A stretch of DNA of 60,301 bases, from the IMG/VR virus record IMGVR_UViG_3300045988_176983, positions 1 to 60,301 of that record. One strand, given 5' to 3'. Below the pieces are notes generated by a model that did no database searches, was not told where the DNA came from, and worked only from the letters and a program-made list of their open reading frames with translations. This document shows, one piece after another, positions 9,192 to 18,552 of the stretch. Within the stretch, counting starts at the first letter, position 1; every line of letters starts with the position of its first letter. Both the position numbers and the translations under genes were made by a program. Source of the stretch: a virus.

Positions 9192-9815
9192 ATGAGCAAA
9201 ATTCAAAATACTCGTTTTGAAGTATATGTTTCCAATTCGAAGAGAAACGACAATCAAAACGTAACGGGTAAATTCGGCTCGTTCAGCGGTAGCGATTTTA
9301 CGCCCGACGACTGCGCCGCAGGTTTCCTTTGCGTAACCAAAGACAGACTTCCGCTTTTGGGATATGAAAGCGCGGGTCTTAAAAACGCAAACAGTTATTA
9401 CATGATCGCGGCGGCGAGTGGCGCGGTTGCGGGTCTTCCCGGCGACAGAACGGGCATTTACGCTTGCAACACTTACGACGTGAACAAAGCCGTAGACAGC
9501 GACGGAATGGTAATCAACCTTCCCGGCAAAACGCTCGGTCTTGCTCTTCCGGCAGACGAAAGAGGCGACTTCACCGAACTTATGGTCGGCGAGCAGTACA
9601 ATTTCGGCGCAGGCAACTTCTCTACCGCCCCGTCCGATTCGCTCAAATTCGCTACGATTGCTAACGGCTTGCTTGTTGCGGTAGCGGCTGCGCCTACCGA
9701 CGGCAGTGTTTACTTTGCGATCGAAGATTTTGGCAAACGCTTTATCGAAGGCGCATATGACGGCGGTCAGAAGATTACCGTCAGATGTCTCCGCAGCGTA
9801 AAAGCCGCAGGTTAA
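9192..9815 (+). CDS. Head-module protein (possible decoration or auxiliary capsid protein)
   Basis: 207 aa with RBS aaaggag. It lies between the scaffold gene and the major capsid candidate. Confidence 0.35.
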   Translation: MSKIQNTRFEVYVSNSKRNDNQNVTGKFGSFSGSDFTPDDCAAGFLCVTKDRLPLLGYESAGLKNANSYYMIAAASGAVAGLPGDRTGIYACNTYDVNKAVDSDGMVINLPGKTLGLALPADERGDFTELMVGEQYNFGAGNFSTAPSDSLKFATIANGLLVAVAAAPTDGSVYFAIEDFGKRFIEGAYDGGQKITVRCLRSVKAAG

Positions 9816-9830
9816 TAGGAGGACAAAAGA

Positions 9831-11072
9831 ATGAACGCAAAATCCTTAAACGCTTTGTCGAGAGATATATTCTCTTACAAATCCAACAACAATCAAAAAA
9901 TCAAAGTTTGCTCTGCCGAAGGAAAGTCGAGAGAAATCAGCCGCGACGAACTTATCAGCGCGGGCAGACTTGCAACCGTCGAATATTTCGGCAGAATTGC
10001 GAACAAGAGCAGAAGCAATTCCTACGCTACCAAAGTAGAAGATTACGCGTCTTTTTCGCGTAACACTTGGGTAAACACGGTGCTTTTCTGCGCGGCGCAG
10101 GCTAACACGGTAATCGGTAAAGCCCCGTACTCGACTATGCAAGAAGTCGAAAACGACCTCGGACTTTACAAAAACCCGATTTTCCTTAACGCGTTGCAGT
10201 CGATTTCGCAAGAAGTTATCACGCCGTTGCTTCCCGCCGTTATGGACGGAGTAATGGACAAACTCGTTACTTGGGAAAGAGGCAGAATCGGCGAAACTAA
10301 ACTCGTAGACGTTTTGTCTAACGACTTCTTCGTATTCGACGACGATTCTTGGGGTTCTGTTTCGAGTAAACCGTATCAGTACCTTTACAAGAGCCAAGTC
10401 GCCGTTACGCCGAAGCCCTATACCGCGAAGACCAAAATCAAGTGGTATCAGGACGTTATCGACGGCGAAGCGGGTCGTTACTATGCGGCGTTTGCACGCG
10501 GCGCGGCAAGCAAAATGTACGCTATGACGCTCGGTGAATTTAACAAGGCAATCGCAGACACGAAATATATGCCTTCGGGTAGCGTAATCGACGGTTTCTC
10601 GCTTGATAACTGGAATCAGGCGTTAATGCAGTCGCAAGCACTTAACGGCGTTTCCCGCGCTCAACTTATGGCACTCGGCTCTCTTGCCGGACTTTCCAAA
10701 ATACTTCCTACGGTCGGCACTGACGGCGCGGTGGCGGGTATTCAGGGCGAAATCGGTACGGAGTTCGTAAGAAACGGTTTCCTTGCCAACGTCGCAGGCG
10801 TAGACCTTATCGAAGCGGGTCTTGCAGTTGTTCCCGGTACGCAGAACTACAATCCGAAATTTCTCGGTCTTGACGACGCGACGAATAAGAATATCTACGT
10901 TATGGCTAAAATCGGTTACGCGCCTATGGTAGGTGCAATTGCCGAGGGTTCACCCATAACCATTACGTTTACCCCCGAAGAAACCGCCGATATGACTATC
11001 GACATTTCGGAAACGTTGGTATTCGACATTAAACCCGCGTTCAGTTCCAGAATAATCAAGATTAAGATTTAA
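9831..11072 (+). CDS. Major capsid protein (candidate)
   Basis: 413 aa with RBS taggagg. The call rests on position after the scaffold gene and on a stable hairpin immediately downstream (11107..11134). Confidence 0.55.
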   Translation: MNAKSLNALSRDIFSYKSNNNQKIKVCSAEGKSREISRDELISAGRLATVEYFGRIANKSRSNSYATKVEDYASFSRNTWVNTVLFCAAQANTVIGKAPYSTMQEVENDLGLYKNPIFLNALQSISQEVITPLLPAVMDGVMDKLVTWERGRIGETKLVDVLSNDFFVFDDDSWGSVSSKPYQYLYKSQVAVTPKPYTAKTKIKWYQDVIDGEAGRYYAAFARGAASKMYAMTLGEFNKAIADTKYMPSGSVIDGFSLDNWNQALMQSQALNGVSRAQLMALGSLAGLSKILPTVGTDGAVAGIQGEIGTEFVRNGFLANVAGVDLIEAGLAVVPGTQNYNPKFLGLDDATNKNIYVMAKIGYAPMVGAIAEGSPITITFTPEETADMTIDISETLVFDIKPAFSSRIIKIKI

Positions 11073-11210
11073 CGGAATCGTCGGCTTAAACCGATATATA
11101 CGCAACACGACGGCAATATTGCTGTTGCCGTCGTTATACGGGGATAAGAGAAAAATGCGGCGTGCAACTCCCGCAATCCCCGAAATAAAATTTTCCGAAG
11201 GAGAAGAAAA

Positions 11211-11876
11211 ATGGCAGAGGAAATTAAAAAAACAAACAACACGAAACCTGCGGGTGAATCTCGCAAAACCTACACGGAAGCGGAACTTCACGATATTGTG
11301 AATAAAGCCGTCGCCGAAGCGGTGAAAGCGGCAATGCAAAACGTGCAGTCGCAGACGGTATACGTCAAGGACAAAGCGGACGAATACGTTACGCTTTTGT
11401 ATATGGGCGTTGTAGCCGAAGGTTCGACCGTACACCTTAATGACAGGTTAGGCGACATTCAGGGTAGAGGCGGTACGAGAGATATTCCTAAAAAGGAATT
11501 TTTGCAAAACCTTACGCCGGGCGTTCTCGACCGTTTGAAAGACAGAAGACTTATAGTCTTGTCCGGGCTTACGGACGACGAAAGAGAGCGTTACGGGCTT
11601 AAATACGAAGACGGCGAACTTCTTTCGCCCGATATTTATTACAAACTTTTATCTTTGCCCGAAGATACCATTTGTAAGATTTTCAAATTGGCTTGCCCCG
11701 AACACAAAGCGATAATCGCAACGCTTTATATCGACGCGTATATGGCGCACGACAACAGGGTAAATCAACCGCTTATTCAACGCCTCAACAACATATCGAA
11801 AGAAACGGACAAGGACGGAATGTTCAAAGCGATTCTTAAAGATATGGCGAGAGTTTTGGCAGATAACGCAGACTAA
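11211..11876 (+). CDS. Hypothetical head/connector-module protein (221 aa)
   Basis: RBS gaaggagaag is present. Confidence 0.55.
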   Translation: MAEEIKKTNNTKPAGESRKTYTEAELHDIVNKAVAEAVKAAMQNVQSQTVYVKDKADEYVTLLYMGVVAEGSTVHLNDRLGDIQGRGGTRDIPKKEFLQNLTPGVLDRLKDRRLIVLSGLTDDERERYGLKYEDGELLSPDIYYKLLSLPEDTICKIFKLACPEHKAIIATLYIDAYMAHDNRVNQPLIQRLNNISKETDKDGMFKAILKDMARVLADNAD

Positions 11877-11893
11877 AATAAAAGGAAAATAAA

Positions 11894-12628
11894 ATGACAC
11901 CGATTTTAGAAGTCTTAACGAAATATTGCGCTCAATACGTTGACGATATACGGCTTGAAGAATTGGCGGTAGACAATCCGCCGCTTTATGCGAGAAAAAT
12001 GTCGGCATATCTAAACGTGGCAATACCGCTTTTCAATAAACCCGCCGAGGTTTTGCCTTATTTGGTAGGCGATAAAAACGACCCCAAATACGTCGAGGCA
12101 AAGTACGACAATACGCAATACACGCTTACTGAAACTATCATTTCGTCGAAAGTGGTAAGTCTCGGCGACGAATACGTCGGCTTCGAGTTGTTTTCGGCGC
12201 ACGTTCTTACTCGCGACGCGTCGGGCAACGTTGTTTCTTTACCCGCTACCGAGTGCGAGTACGATAAAACGACGGGTAACGTAACGATAAACGCCACGGC
12301 GGATAATCCGATAGAAAAAGGCGTTGTATTCGATTTCGACTTCTATACGGACGGGTATTTTGCAAACGATTTGCCTATCGAAATGAAGAATATTCTCGGA
12401 ATGTGTTTTCAGGTCGTATGGCAAGACCGTTTCAATACCGATTGGCTTTCCAACGTTGCAAAAGTGGAAGATAAGAGTTTTTACGAACAAAACCGCGCCC
12501 GTAAAATGGATGCGGACACGGCTCGGCTCAATCAACTGCGCCGTAAACTTGCCGAAGAAATGAGGCAATACGAGCAAAATCTCTACTACAAAGCGACGAT
12601 ACCCGCCGTTAAACGGTTGCAGTTTTAA
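11894..12628 (+). CDS. Hypothetical head-tail joining module protein (244 aa)
   Basis: RBS aaaggaaaa is present. The call rests on gene order. Confidence 0.5.
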   Translation: MTPILEVLTKYCAQYVDDIRLEELAVDNPPLYARKMSAYLNVAIPLFNKPAEVLPYLVGDKNDPKYVEAKYDNTQYTLTETIISSKVVSLGDEYVGFELFSAHVLTRDASGNVVSLPATECEYDKTTGNVTINATADNPIEKGVVFDFDFYTDGYFANDLPIEMKNILGMCFQVVWQDRFNTDWLSNVAKVEDKSFYEQNRARKMDADTARLNQLRRKLAEEMRQYEQNLYYKATIPAVKRLQF

Positions 12629-12639
12629 GGTGAAAGATT

Positions 12640-13224
12640 ATGAACGAATATTTCAGAATAACCGACGAACTTATGCAAAAGGCAAAAACCTATATGCCGC
12701 TTGCAGATAAACAAGTCATTTCCTATCAGATAGCGAGGCATTGTCTTATTTCCGTAGTCGCCGAAAAGGAAGACCACGATATAAACGAGATCCTTGCGTT
12801 GCCTGCGGTTCAAGGCGAAAATGCGCCGCTTAAAGCAATACTCTTGCAAAACACATTGCTCGGCTTTTATTTCGACATTGAAATGGACGAAAAGAAAGAT
12901 TCTTACGAGCAGTATGATTTCTATGCAGGAGGCGCAATGATAAATCAAATCGAGAGATATAAGGTCAATCCATTATTCAAGGAAAAAGCCTTTGATATTC
13001 TCACAGATTTCAAAGAACTCCAAAGAATGGTGTACATAGAAATCGAAAATCTCAAATCTCACTACAATAACCCGATATATCGGTTGCTTTCGGCGTTGTC
13101 GGTATATTCCACGCCCGAAAGAGTTACGGAACTTGCAAAAAAACTGCAAGAAGAAGTAGCGAAACTCAATGTAAAATCGGATAAACCCGAAGACAGCGGT
13201 GCAACGGAGAAAGAAAATGCCTAA
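12640..13224 (+). CDS. Hypothetical protein (194 aa)
   Basis: RBS aaggtga is present. The call rests on gene order. Confidence 0.5.
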   Translation: MNEYFRITDELMQKAKTYMPLADKQVISYQIARHCLISVVAEKEDHDINEILALPAVQGENAPLKAILLQNTLLGFYFDIEMDEKKDSYEQYDFYAGGAMINQIERYKVNPLFKEKAFDILTDFKELQRMVYIEIENLKSHYNNPIYRLLSALSVYSTPERVTELAKKLQEEVAKLNVKSDKPEDSGATEKENA

Positions 13225-13918
13225 ATACAGTCAATGGTTTCCATACATAAACACGCAGGAAAGTTACAACGATATGTCGCAAATAACCGACCTTACGCGT
13301 AAAATATGCGATTACCTTATTGACGCTCCGCAAGGCGATTATCAGCCCGTAGACGACAACTCTTATTCTCGTTGCAGATTTTGGAAGTATCTTTATCACG
13401 ACGGCGCAAGACCTTTGTCGAAAGCATTGCCGACGATAAAAGAGAAAATGAGCGTCGTCTTCAATCCCGAAAGAGCGGAAAACCCGCCGACCGACAAAGG
13501 TTACAGGATATTCCCACAAATATGGGTAAAACAAAGTCAGACGGACGCTCAAACGCGCGTTTATGTATTTGAGGGAAGAGAAATGCCGAACGACAGTTTC
13601 AAAACGGCTACGGCAATTCACTTTTATATTTGGTCGCATTACACGAACGAAGCGAACTCGAAAGAACAAGAGTACAGCAGAACGATGGGTATTGAGCAAG
13701 CCATAATCGAAGCGTTGAACGGCGTAAATATGACCGGGATAGGCACGTTTATGTTTGACAGGCGTTGTCATCCCGACTGCGGAAGCCGTCCTATCTACGA
13801 CGGCGATATCAACGTCGGCAGAGAACTGATAATCGGGCTCGAACTCGCAACGACCAAAACGCCGTCGCCCGGTAACACGAATAATAAGCCCGATATTGGC
13901 GGCGTTAAACTCGCCTAA
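13199..13918 (+). CDS. Hypothetical protein (239 aa)
   Basis: Long ORF that overlaps the previous stop. The exact start is uncertain (an internal ATG at Met-7 is possible). Confidence 0.5.
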   Translation: MQRRKKMPKYSQWFPYINTQESYNDMSQITDLTRKICDYLIDAPQGDYQPVDDNSYSRCRFWKYLYHDGARPLSKALPTIKEKMSVVFNPERAENPPTDKGYRIFPQIWVKQSQTDAQTRVYVFEGREMPNDSFKTATAIHFYIWSHYTNEANSKEQEYSRTMGIEQAIIEALNGVNMTGIGTFMFDRRCHPDCGSRPIYDGDINVGRELIIGLELATTKTPSPGNTNNKPDIGGVKLA

Positions 13919-13931
13919 TAGAGGATCGACT

Positions 13932-14132
13932 ATGTGTGAAAATTTCGGAATGTACGAATTTTGCAAGTCTTGCCCGCAAGAGAATAAGGCTTGTTGCGTT
14001 GCTTATAAAAAACATAAAAAGAACAACGCCGTCGAGTTCGTTATAGACGGCAAAAAACTAAAATTCAGAGGTACGACAAATGAGCGAAAGCACGGCGAAA
14101 AGCAGAGCGGAAACGGAGTTAAAGGCACTTGA
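13932..14132 (+). CDS. Small Cys-rich protein (66 aa)
   Basis: An ATG preceded by agagga. The track ORF 13896..14132 begins with a non-ATG start. Contains CENFGMYEFCKSCPQENKACC. Confidence 0.4.
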   Translation: MCENFGMYEFCKSCPQENKACCVAYKKHKKNNAVEFVIDGKKLKFRGTTNERKHGEKQSGNGVKGT

Positions 14133-14283
14133 AGAAAAACTCGGAAATCTCACGTCTTTTATTAAAACGGTAGGTTTCCGCGAATTAAAACCCGCCATGC
14201 GCAGATTGTTAAGACGGCAGGCTTTTCATATGAAAAGATATGCAAAAATCTTACGGCGCAGAATAGAAATATGGGATAAGTAA
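14080..14283 (+). CDS. Small basic helical protein (67 aa)
   Basis: RBS cagagg is present. The ORF overlaps the previous ORF by 53 nt in another frame. Confidence 0.4.
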   Translation: MSESTAKSRAETELKALEEKLGNLTSFIKTVGFRELKPAMRRLLRRQAFHMKRYAKILRRRIEIWDK

Positions 14284-14295
14284 GGGCGAGCGAAA

Positions 14296-15636
14296 ATGTC
14301 TAATCAAAGCCAAAAATACATAAAAAATGCGATTGCGGCAAGCGATAAAATATCAACAGTGTTGAAAAATACACCGAAACAATACGCCGACCGTAAAACG
14401 CAATATATGGCAGAGCGGGCAAGAAAGTTCGATTCAAACCGCGCATATCTCGCAAGCGATTATTTTAATGCCGACGTGCAGGGATTATCGGTAGACGATT
14501 TCTATAAATGGATAAACACAAATATACGATTGTCAGACTTATCGTCTAACGACAGCAAGTCGTTTACGGGCAGTAAAACCGACGATTTTAAGTTAGTGTT
14601 ATTCCCCGAAAAGCATATCGAGTATTTTCCTATCGGCGCAAAGATAAAGACTGCGGGTAGCGTGTGGCTTTCCATAAACCCGTCGAATGTATCGAGCGTA
14701 AAGCCAACGGCGGTCGTTGCGCGTTGTAATTCGTCTTACAATTCATTCGACTATTACGGCAACGTCATAACCGAGCCTATTGTCGTTGAGCGTTACGCGA
14801 TGATGAACAACTCGAACGAAACGCCGAACAATCTCGTATTACCCGACGGATATTTCAACGTAACTTGCCAACTTAACGATAACACGAAACAAATTAAGCA
14901 AAATTACCGCTTAATTCTCGGCAGTCAGTCGTTTTACGTTACCGGGGTTACGGACTTTATTCAGGAATTTTCGGGCGATCGCGACAGTTGCCATTTACTT
15001 AATTTTACCATTCGCAAAGAAGAAAATATTAACGAATACGACGACTTGGAAAAGACTTTTATTGCGAACGGTAAAAACTCGATTTATTCGGCGACGCTTG
15101 ACGGCGCGGATAAAATCAAAGTCGGACAAACCGCTCAACTTACGGCGCATTTCTCGCTTAACGACGTTGAAATTTTGCCGACCGAGGATAAACCGCTTAC
15201 TTGGATATATTCTTCGAGTGATAACGGCGTGGTTTCGGTAAACGCAAACGGCGAGATTACGGCAAACAAGAACGGAAATGCGATTATCACGGCAACGCTT
15301 GCCGAAAATACGGCAATTACGGCAACGCTTGAAATTGCGGTGGCTGGCGACGTAAACGAGCCTTACGTGGCGTTTTTAGGCGTTCTGCCGACAGAGATTA
15401 CGCAGTACGACGAAGCCGTCGTAAAAGCGAGATATTATGAAGAGGGCGCAAAGACGAATAAACCCTTGTCGTGGTCTTTCGGCGGGGCGAACGGTAACTG
15501 CTATGTGGCGACGATAGCCCCGAAACAGATGTCGGCGCAAATTCAGTGTCTTAAAGCAAGCGTAGAGCCGCTTGTCGTTACGGTCAGTTACGGCGAGTAT
15601 TCGGCAACTACCGAAATCGCGTTAAACGGGTATTAA
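14296..15636 (+). CDS. Structural protein with C-terminal bacterial Ig-like (Big_2-type) domains
   Basis: The motifs VVSVNANGEITANKNGNAIITATL and a second unit are typical of Big_2 domains. Confidence 0.6.
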   Translation: MSNQSQKYIKNAIAASDKISTVLKNTPKQYADRKTQYMAERARKFDSNRAYLASDYFNADVQGLSVDDFYKWINTNIRLSDLSSNDSKSFTGSKTDDFKLVLFPEKHIEYFPIGAKIKTAGSVWLSINPSNVSSVKPTAVVARCNSSYNSFDYYGNVITEPIVVERYAMMNNSNETPNNLVLPDGYFNVTCQLNDNTKQIKQNYRLILGSQSFYVTGVTDFIQEFSGDRDSCHLLNFTIRKEENINEYDDLEKTFIANGKNSIYSATLDGADKIKVGQTAQLTAHFSLNDVEILPTEDKPLTWIYSSSDNGVVSVNANGEITANKNGNAIITATLAENTAITATLEIAVAGDVNEPYVAFLGVLPTEITQYDEAVVKARYYEEGAKTNKPLSWSFGGANGNCYVATIAPKQMSAQIQCLKASVEPLVVTVSYGEYSATTEIALNGY

Positions 15637-15640
15637 GACT

Positions 15641-15862
15641 ATGGCAAATAGATACGAATGTCCGAACGCGGTAAGAAAACCGCAGTTAGAATTTTTACTT
15701 TGCAAACTTTTAATGAAAGACGGCGAAAGTTATTCCAACGTTAAAGACAGCGTAAACGCAATGTGCGCTTATCAAAGGCATTGTAATTGCACTAAACGCG
15801 TCGAAAACACGGAAGAAGCGCAAAGTTGTTACAGATACCACTCGGAGCAAAAGCCCGATTGA
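15641..15862 (+). CDS. Small Cys-rich protein (73 aa)
   Basis: Compact ORF carrying several Cys and His residues. Confidence 0.4.
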   Translation: MANRYECPNAVRKPQLEFLLCKLLMKDGESYSNVKDSVNAMCAYQRHCNCTKRVENTEEAQSCYRYHSEQKPD

Positions 15863-15892
15863 TATACACCGATAAAAGGCAGGAGATAAGAA

Positions 15893-16720
15893 ATGAGCCA
15901 ATTATCACAATGGGAAAGGCAACAGAGAATTAGGCAAGGAAGACCCATTGAAATGCTTAATTTGACATTCTATCCCGTCAAAATGTCATTCTATGAGCAA
16001 TTTTTAGCGTGTAAAGACGCATTGATAATCCGATTAGGTACACTCCCTGTTAAGTACCAAATGAAAGATTATCTCAATGCCGTTTTCTCGCTTGAAATTG
16101 ACGAAACGGTTAAGAACGGAGCGGGTAGCGGTTTATTCAGCCGATTGTTGCTCTTAATGTCTTTATCTTTGCGGATAGATAATTTCGACATTAAAGAGTA
16201 CATGAAAGGCGAAAATATCGTTATCAGGCAGGTCGGCAAAGACCTTGAAATAGTCCGATTCAAAATGACGCAAGGCGATAATGTCGCGGAAATTACGCCC
16301 CAAGATTTTTCCGCATATATACGACCGCTTATTGCAGACCAGAACGGGCTTGAACTGCCCGACGACAGCGAAAACGAAGAACTTGTTTTAGCCCAAAAGC
16401 AATTACAAGAAATGCAATCGGGTAATCAGGTCAAACTCAAAACCGATTTAGGCAGTCTTATTTCGTCCGTAGCCTACTTTTCAAAGGTGAGCGAAAGAGA
16501 AATCGACGACTGGACTATTCGTGAGTTTGAGAACCGATTTAAGGCGATAGACCGTGATAAGAAATACACTCTTTACGGACAAGCCGAATTATCGGGAATG
16601 GTTACGTTTAAGAAAGGCAATCCGTTTCCGTCGTGGGCTTACGACAGTATCGACGAAACGATGGGTACTATGTCGGCAAGCGATTTAGGTAAGCAGTTAG
16701 GCGGCGTAAAACAAAAATAA
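15893..16720 (+). CDS. Hypothetical tail-module protein (275 aa)
   Basis: RBS ggcaggaga is present. The call rests on gene order. Confidence 0.5.
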   Translation: MSQLSQWERQQRIRQGRPIEMLNLTFYPVKMSFYEQFLACKDALIIRLGTLPVKYQMKDYLNAVFSLEIDETVKNGAGSGLFSRLLLLMSLSLRIDNFDIKEYMKGENIVIRQVGKDLEIVRFKMTQGDNVAEITPQDFSAYIRPLIADQNGLELPDDSENEELVLAQKQLQEMQSGNQVKLKTDLGSLISSVAYFSKVSEREIDDWTIREFENRFKAIDRDKKYTLYGQAELSGMVTFKKGNPFPSWAYDSIDETMGTMSASDLGKQLGGVKQK

Positions 16721-16738
16721 ATTAACAGGAGATTTTAT

Positions 16739-17863
16739 ATGAACGCATTTCATTTTGGTGATCCCAACCTTTTCGTAAAAGGTATTGCGGAAGTAAAAAT
16801 CACCGACGCGAAAGGCAATATTATCGGTTATGACACCGTTGCGAGCGAAGGTTCGGTTACGTCGTCCGTCAATCTCGGCGAGATAACCGGTGCGGTCGGC
16901 AACCCGTTGCTTATAACTATTCCCGATACGACGCGTCTTTCGGGTACTCTTACTTCGCAAGCGTTTTCGTTAAGACAAAGGGCAATGATAAGCGGCGGTA
17001 CGGTTAAGAATAACGGTGTTGTCGAAGTCGTAGAATCGGGTGTTGCGCCCGTCAGCGGCAAACTTACCATTCCCCACCTTGCGGATTATCCGCCGGCAAG
17101 AGCGTATACCCAAGATTCCGACGACACTTACGGTTTGTGTTACGTAAGACCTGCGGGAGCGACCGATTATACGGGTGAAAACGTCGGCATAGACCTCACT
17201 ACGGGTGTAGTGCAGGGTAACTATACGGGCGCGTCTTACGACATATTTTACTTTACGTCGGTTGCTTCGGCAAAGGTTCTCGACCTTCCGTCGAACTTCA
17301 CGCCGCAGGTTGCGGGTCTTACCTACAAATACAACGTTTACGCGAAACAGGGCGAAGCGGTTACTAACGGCTCGCTTGCGGGTTACTTGTATCTCGTTGT
17401 AAAGTACGCTCAATTCACGGGCGACGCAGGTATTTCCGCTTCGCAGACGGCAAACGCGACGACCGCTTACGACTGGCAGGCGTTGGCAAACGTAGACAAC
17501 ATACCCGACGCGACGGATTTCCGCGACTGCGCGAACTCGTCCGCTCCGTATGCTTACTACGTATACGTTCCGTGCGGCAAAGTAACCGACCAAGTAGAAG
17601 GCTTATTCGTCGTCGGTGGCGGTGTAAGCGCAAAAGTCGGCGCAAAAGTCCAAATCCCCGTCAAGTATTTGCTTAAAGACGGAACGGTTGCACAGCCCGT
17701 TTATTCGTCTTTGACCTATGCTTCTGCTGCGGCAGGAACGGCAAAAGTCGATAATAACGGCGTTGTCGAAGGCGTTGCGGCAGGTAATACGACGGTTACG
17801 ATAACCGTTCCCGACGTTACCCCCGCCGTCAAAGCGACTTGTACCGTTACGGTTACGGCGTAA
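16739..17863 (+). CDS. Major tail protein with a C-terminal Ig-like domain (candidate)
   Basis: 374 aa with RBS acaggaga. It ends in a Big_2-like unit (AKVDNNGVVEGVAAGNTTVTITV...ATCTVTV), is followed by a strong terminator, and lies upstream of the tape measure gene. Confidence 0.55.
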   Translation: MNAFHFGDPNLFVKGIAEVKITDAKGNIIGYDTVASEGSVTSSVNLGEITGAVGNPLLITIPDTTRLSGTLTSQAFSLRQRAMISGGTVKNNGVVEVVESGVAPVSGKLTIPHLADYPPARAYTQDSDDTYGLCYVRPAGATDYTGENVGIDLTTGVVQGNYTGASYDIFYFTSVASAKVLDLPSNFTPQVAGLTYKYNVYAKQGEAVTNGSLAGYLYLVVKYAQFTGDAGISASQTANATTAYDWQALANVDNIPDATDFRDCANSSAPYAYYVYVPCGKVTDQVEGLFVVGGGVSAKVGAKVQIPVKYLLKDGTVAQPVYSSLTYASAAAGTAKVDNNGVVEGVAAGNTTVTITVPDVTPAVKATCTVTVTA

Positions 17864-17876
17864 ATTTTTAACTAAA

Positions 17877-17927
17877 AACGCTGTCTACGCCCTGAAATAC
17901 GGGCGTAGATACGGCGTTTTGTTTTTA
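17877..17927 (+). terminator. Intrinsic terminator after the major tail gene
   Basis: tctacgccc (17884..17892) pairs with gggcgtaga (17901..17909), with an outer aacgc/gcgtt helix, followed by ttttgttttt. Confidence 0.7.
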
Positions 17928-17937
17928 TAGGTGTAAA

Positions 17938-18507
17938 ATGAACGATTTTCTGAAAGTTAATGTCAGGATAGTCGGGCTTGAAAATGACATAAAGAAGCAA
18001 GAAAAGATTATAGAAAATACAATTCCCAAAGCCCTACAATACGTTGGCGCAGAAATGATGTTTTCATTGCAAAAGCATATTGCGCAAGACTGGTATAAAG
18101 CCTATATTCCGAGTAGTTATCAAAGAAGAACGGATAATCCGAGTTTAGGAACTCCGCTCGGCAGTGAGAAAAATATGACCCCGGTAGGGAATATGGTTAG
18201 AGGGAAAAATTTAACTTTTAATTATTATCCTACGGGTGAACATATCGACGGATTTTATTATGTCCGAAACGGAAACGACTTAATTGAAAGTATACAGACA
18301 GGCAACTTATGGGGAGAACCGCCACCGCGCCCGTTTTGGAATAATTTCGTTCACGACCAAGAAAGGGAAGTAATCGAGAATTTTATAAATGGAATGAAAC
18401 AATTCGGCACAGAAGGAATAGAAGTAAAGGCGGACAACAACGAAAGTGTGGACTTGAAAGATTCCCTCTTAAAAAGCGAAAACGAACAAACACATTTTAA
18501 TATTTGA
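17938..18507 (+). CDS. Hypothetical tail-module protein (189 aa)
   Basis: It lies between the major tail and tape measure genes. No slippery-site frameshift partner was seen. Confidence 0.5.
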   Translation: MNDFLKVNVRIVGLENDIKKQEKIIENTIPKALQYVGAEMMFSLQKHIAQDWYKAYIPSSYQRRTDNPSLGTPLGSEKNMTPVGNMVRGKNLTFNYYPTGEHIDGFYYVRNGNDLIESIQTGNLWGEPPPRPFWNNFVHDQEREVIENFINGMKQFGTEGIEVKADNNESVDLKDSLLKSENEQTHFNI

Positions 18508-18552
18508 CAACAACCGAGAAATCCTCGGTAGTTATATAAATAGGAGCGACTT

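Noticed and set aside
13932-14283. A programmed frameshift linking the overlapping ORFs 13932..14132 and 14080..14283 (an A6 run at about 14053).
   Set aside because: - The second ORF is in the +1 frame and has its own RBS and ATG.
- The A-run does not form an X_XXY_YYZ site in the zero frame.
17938-18552. A programmed -1 frameshift tail-chaperone pair upstream of the tape measure gene.
   Set aside because: There is only one ORF in the interval. I saw no slippery heptamer and no overlapping -1 frame extension.
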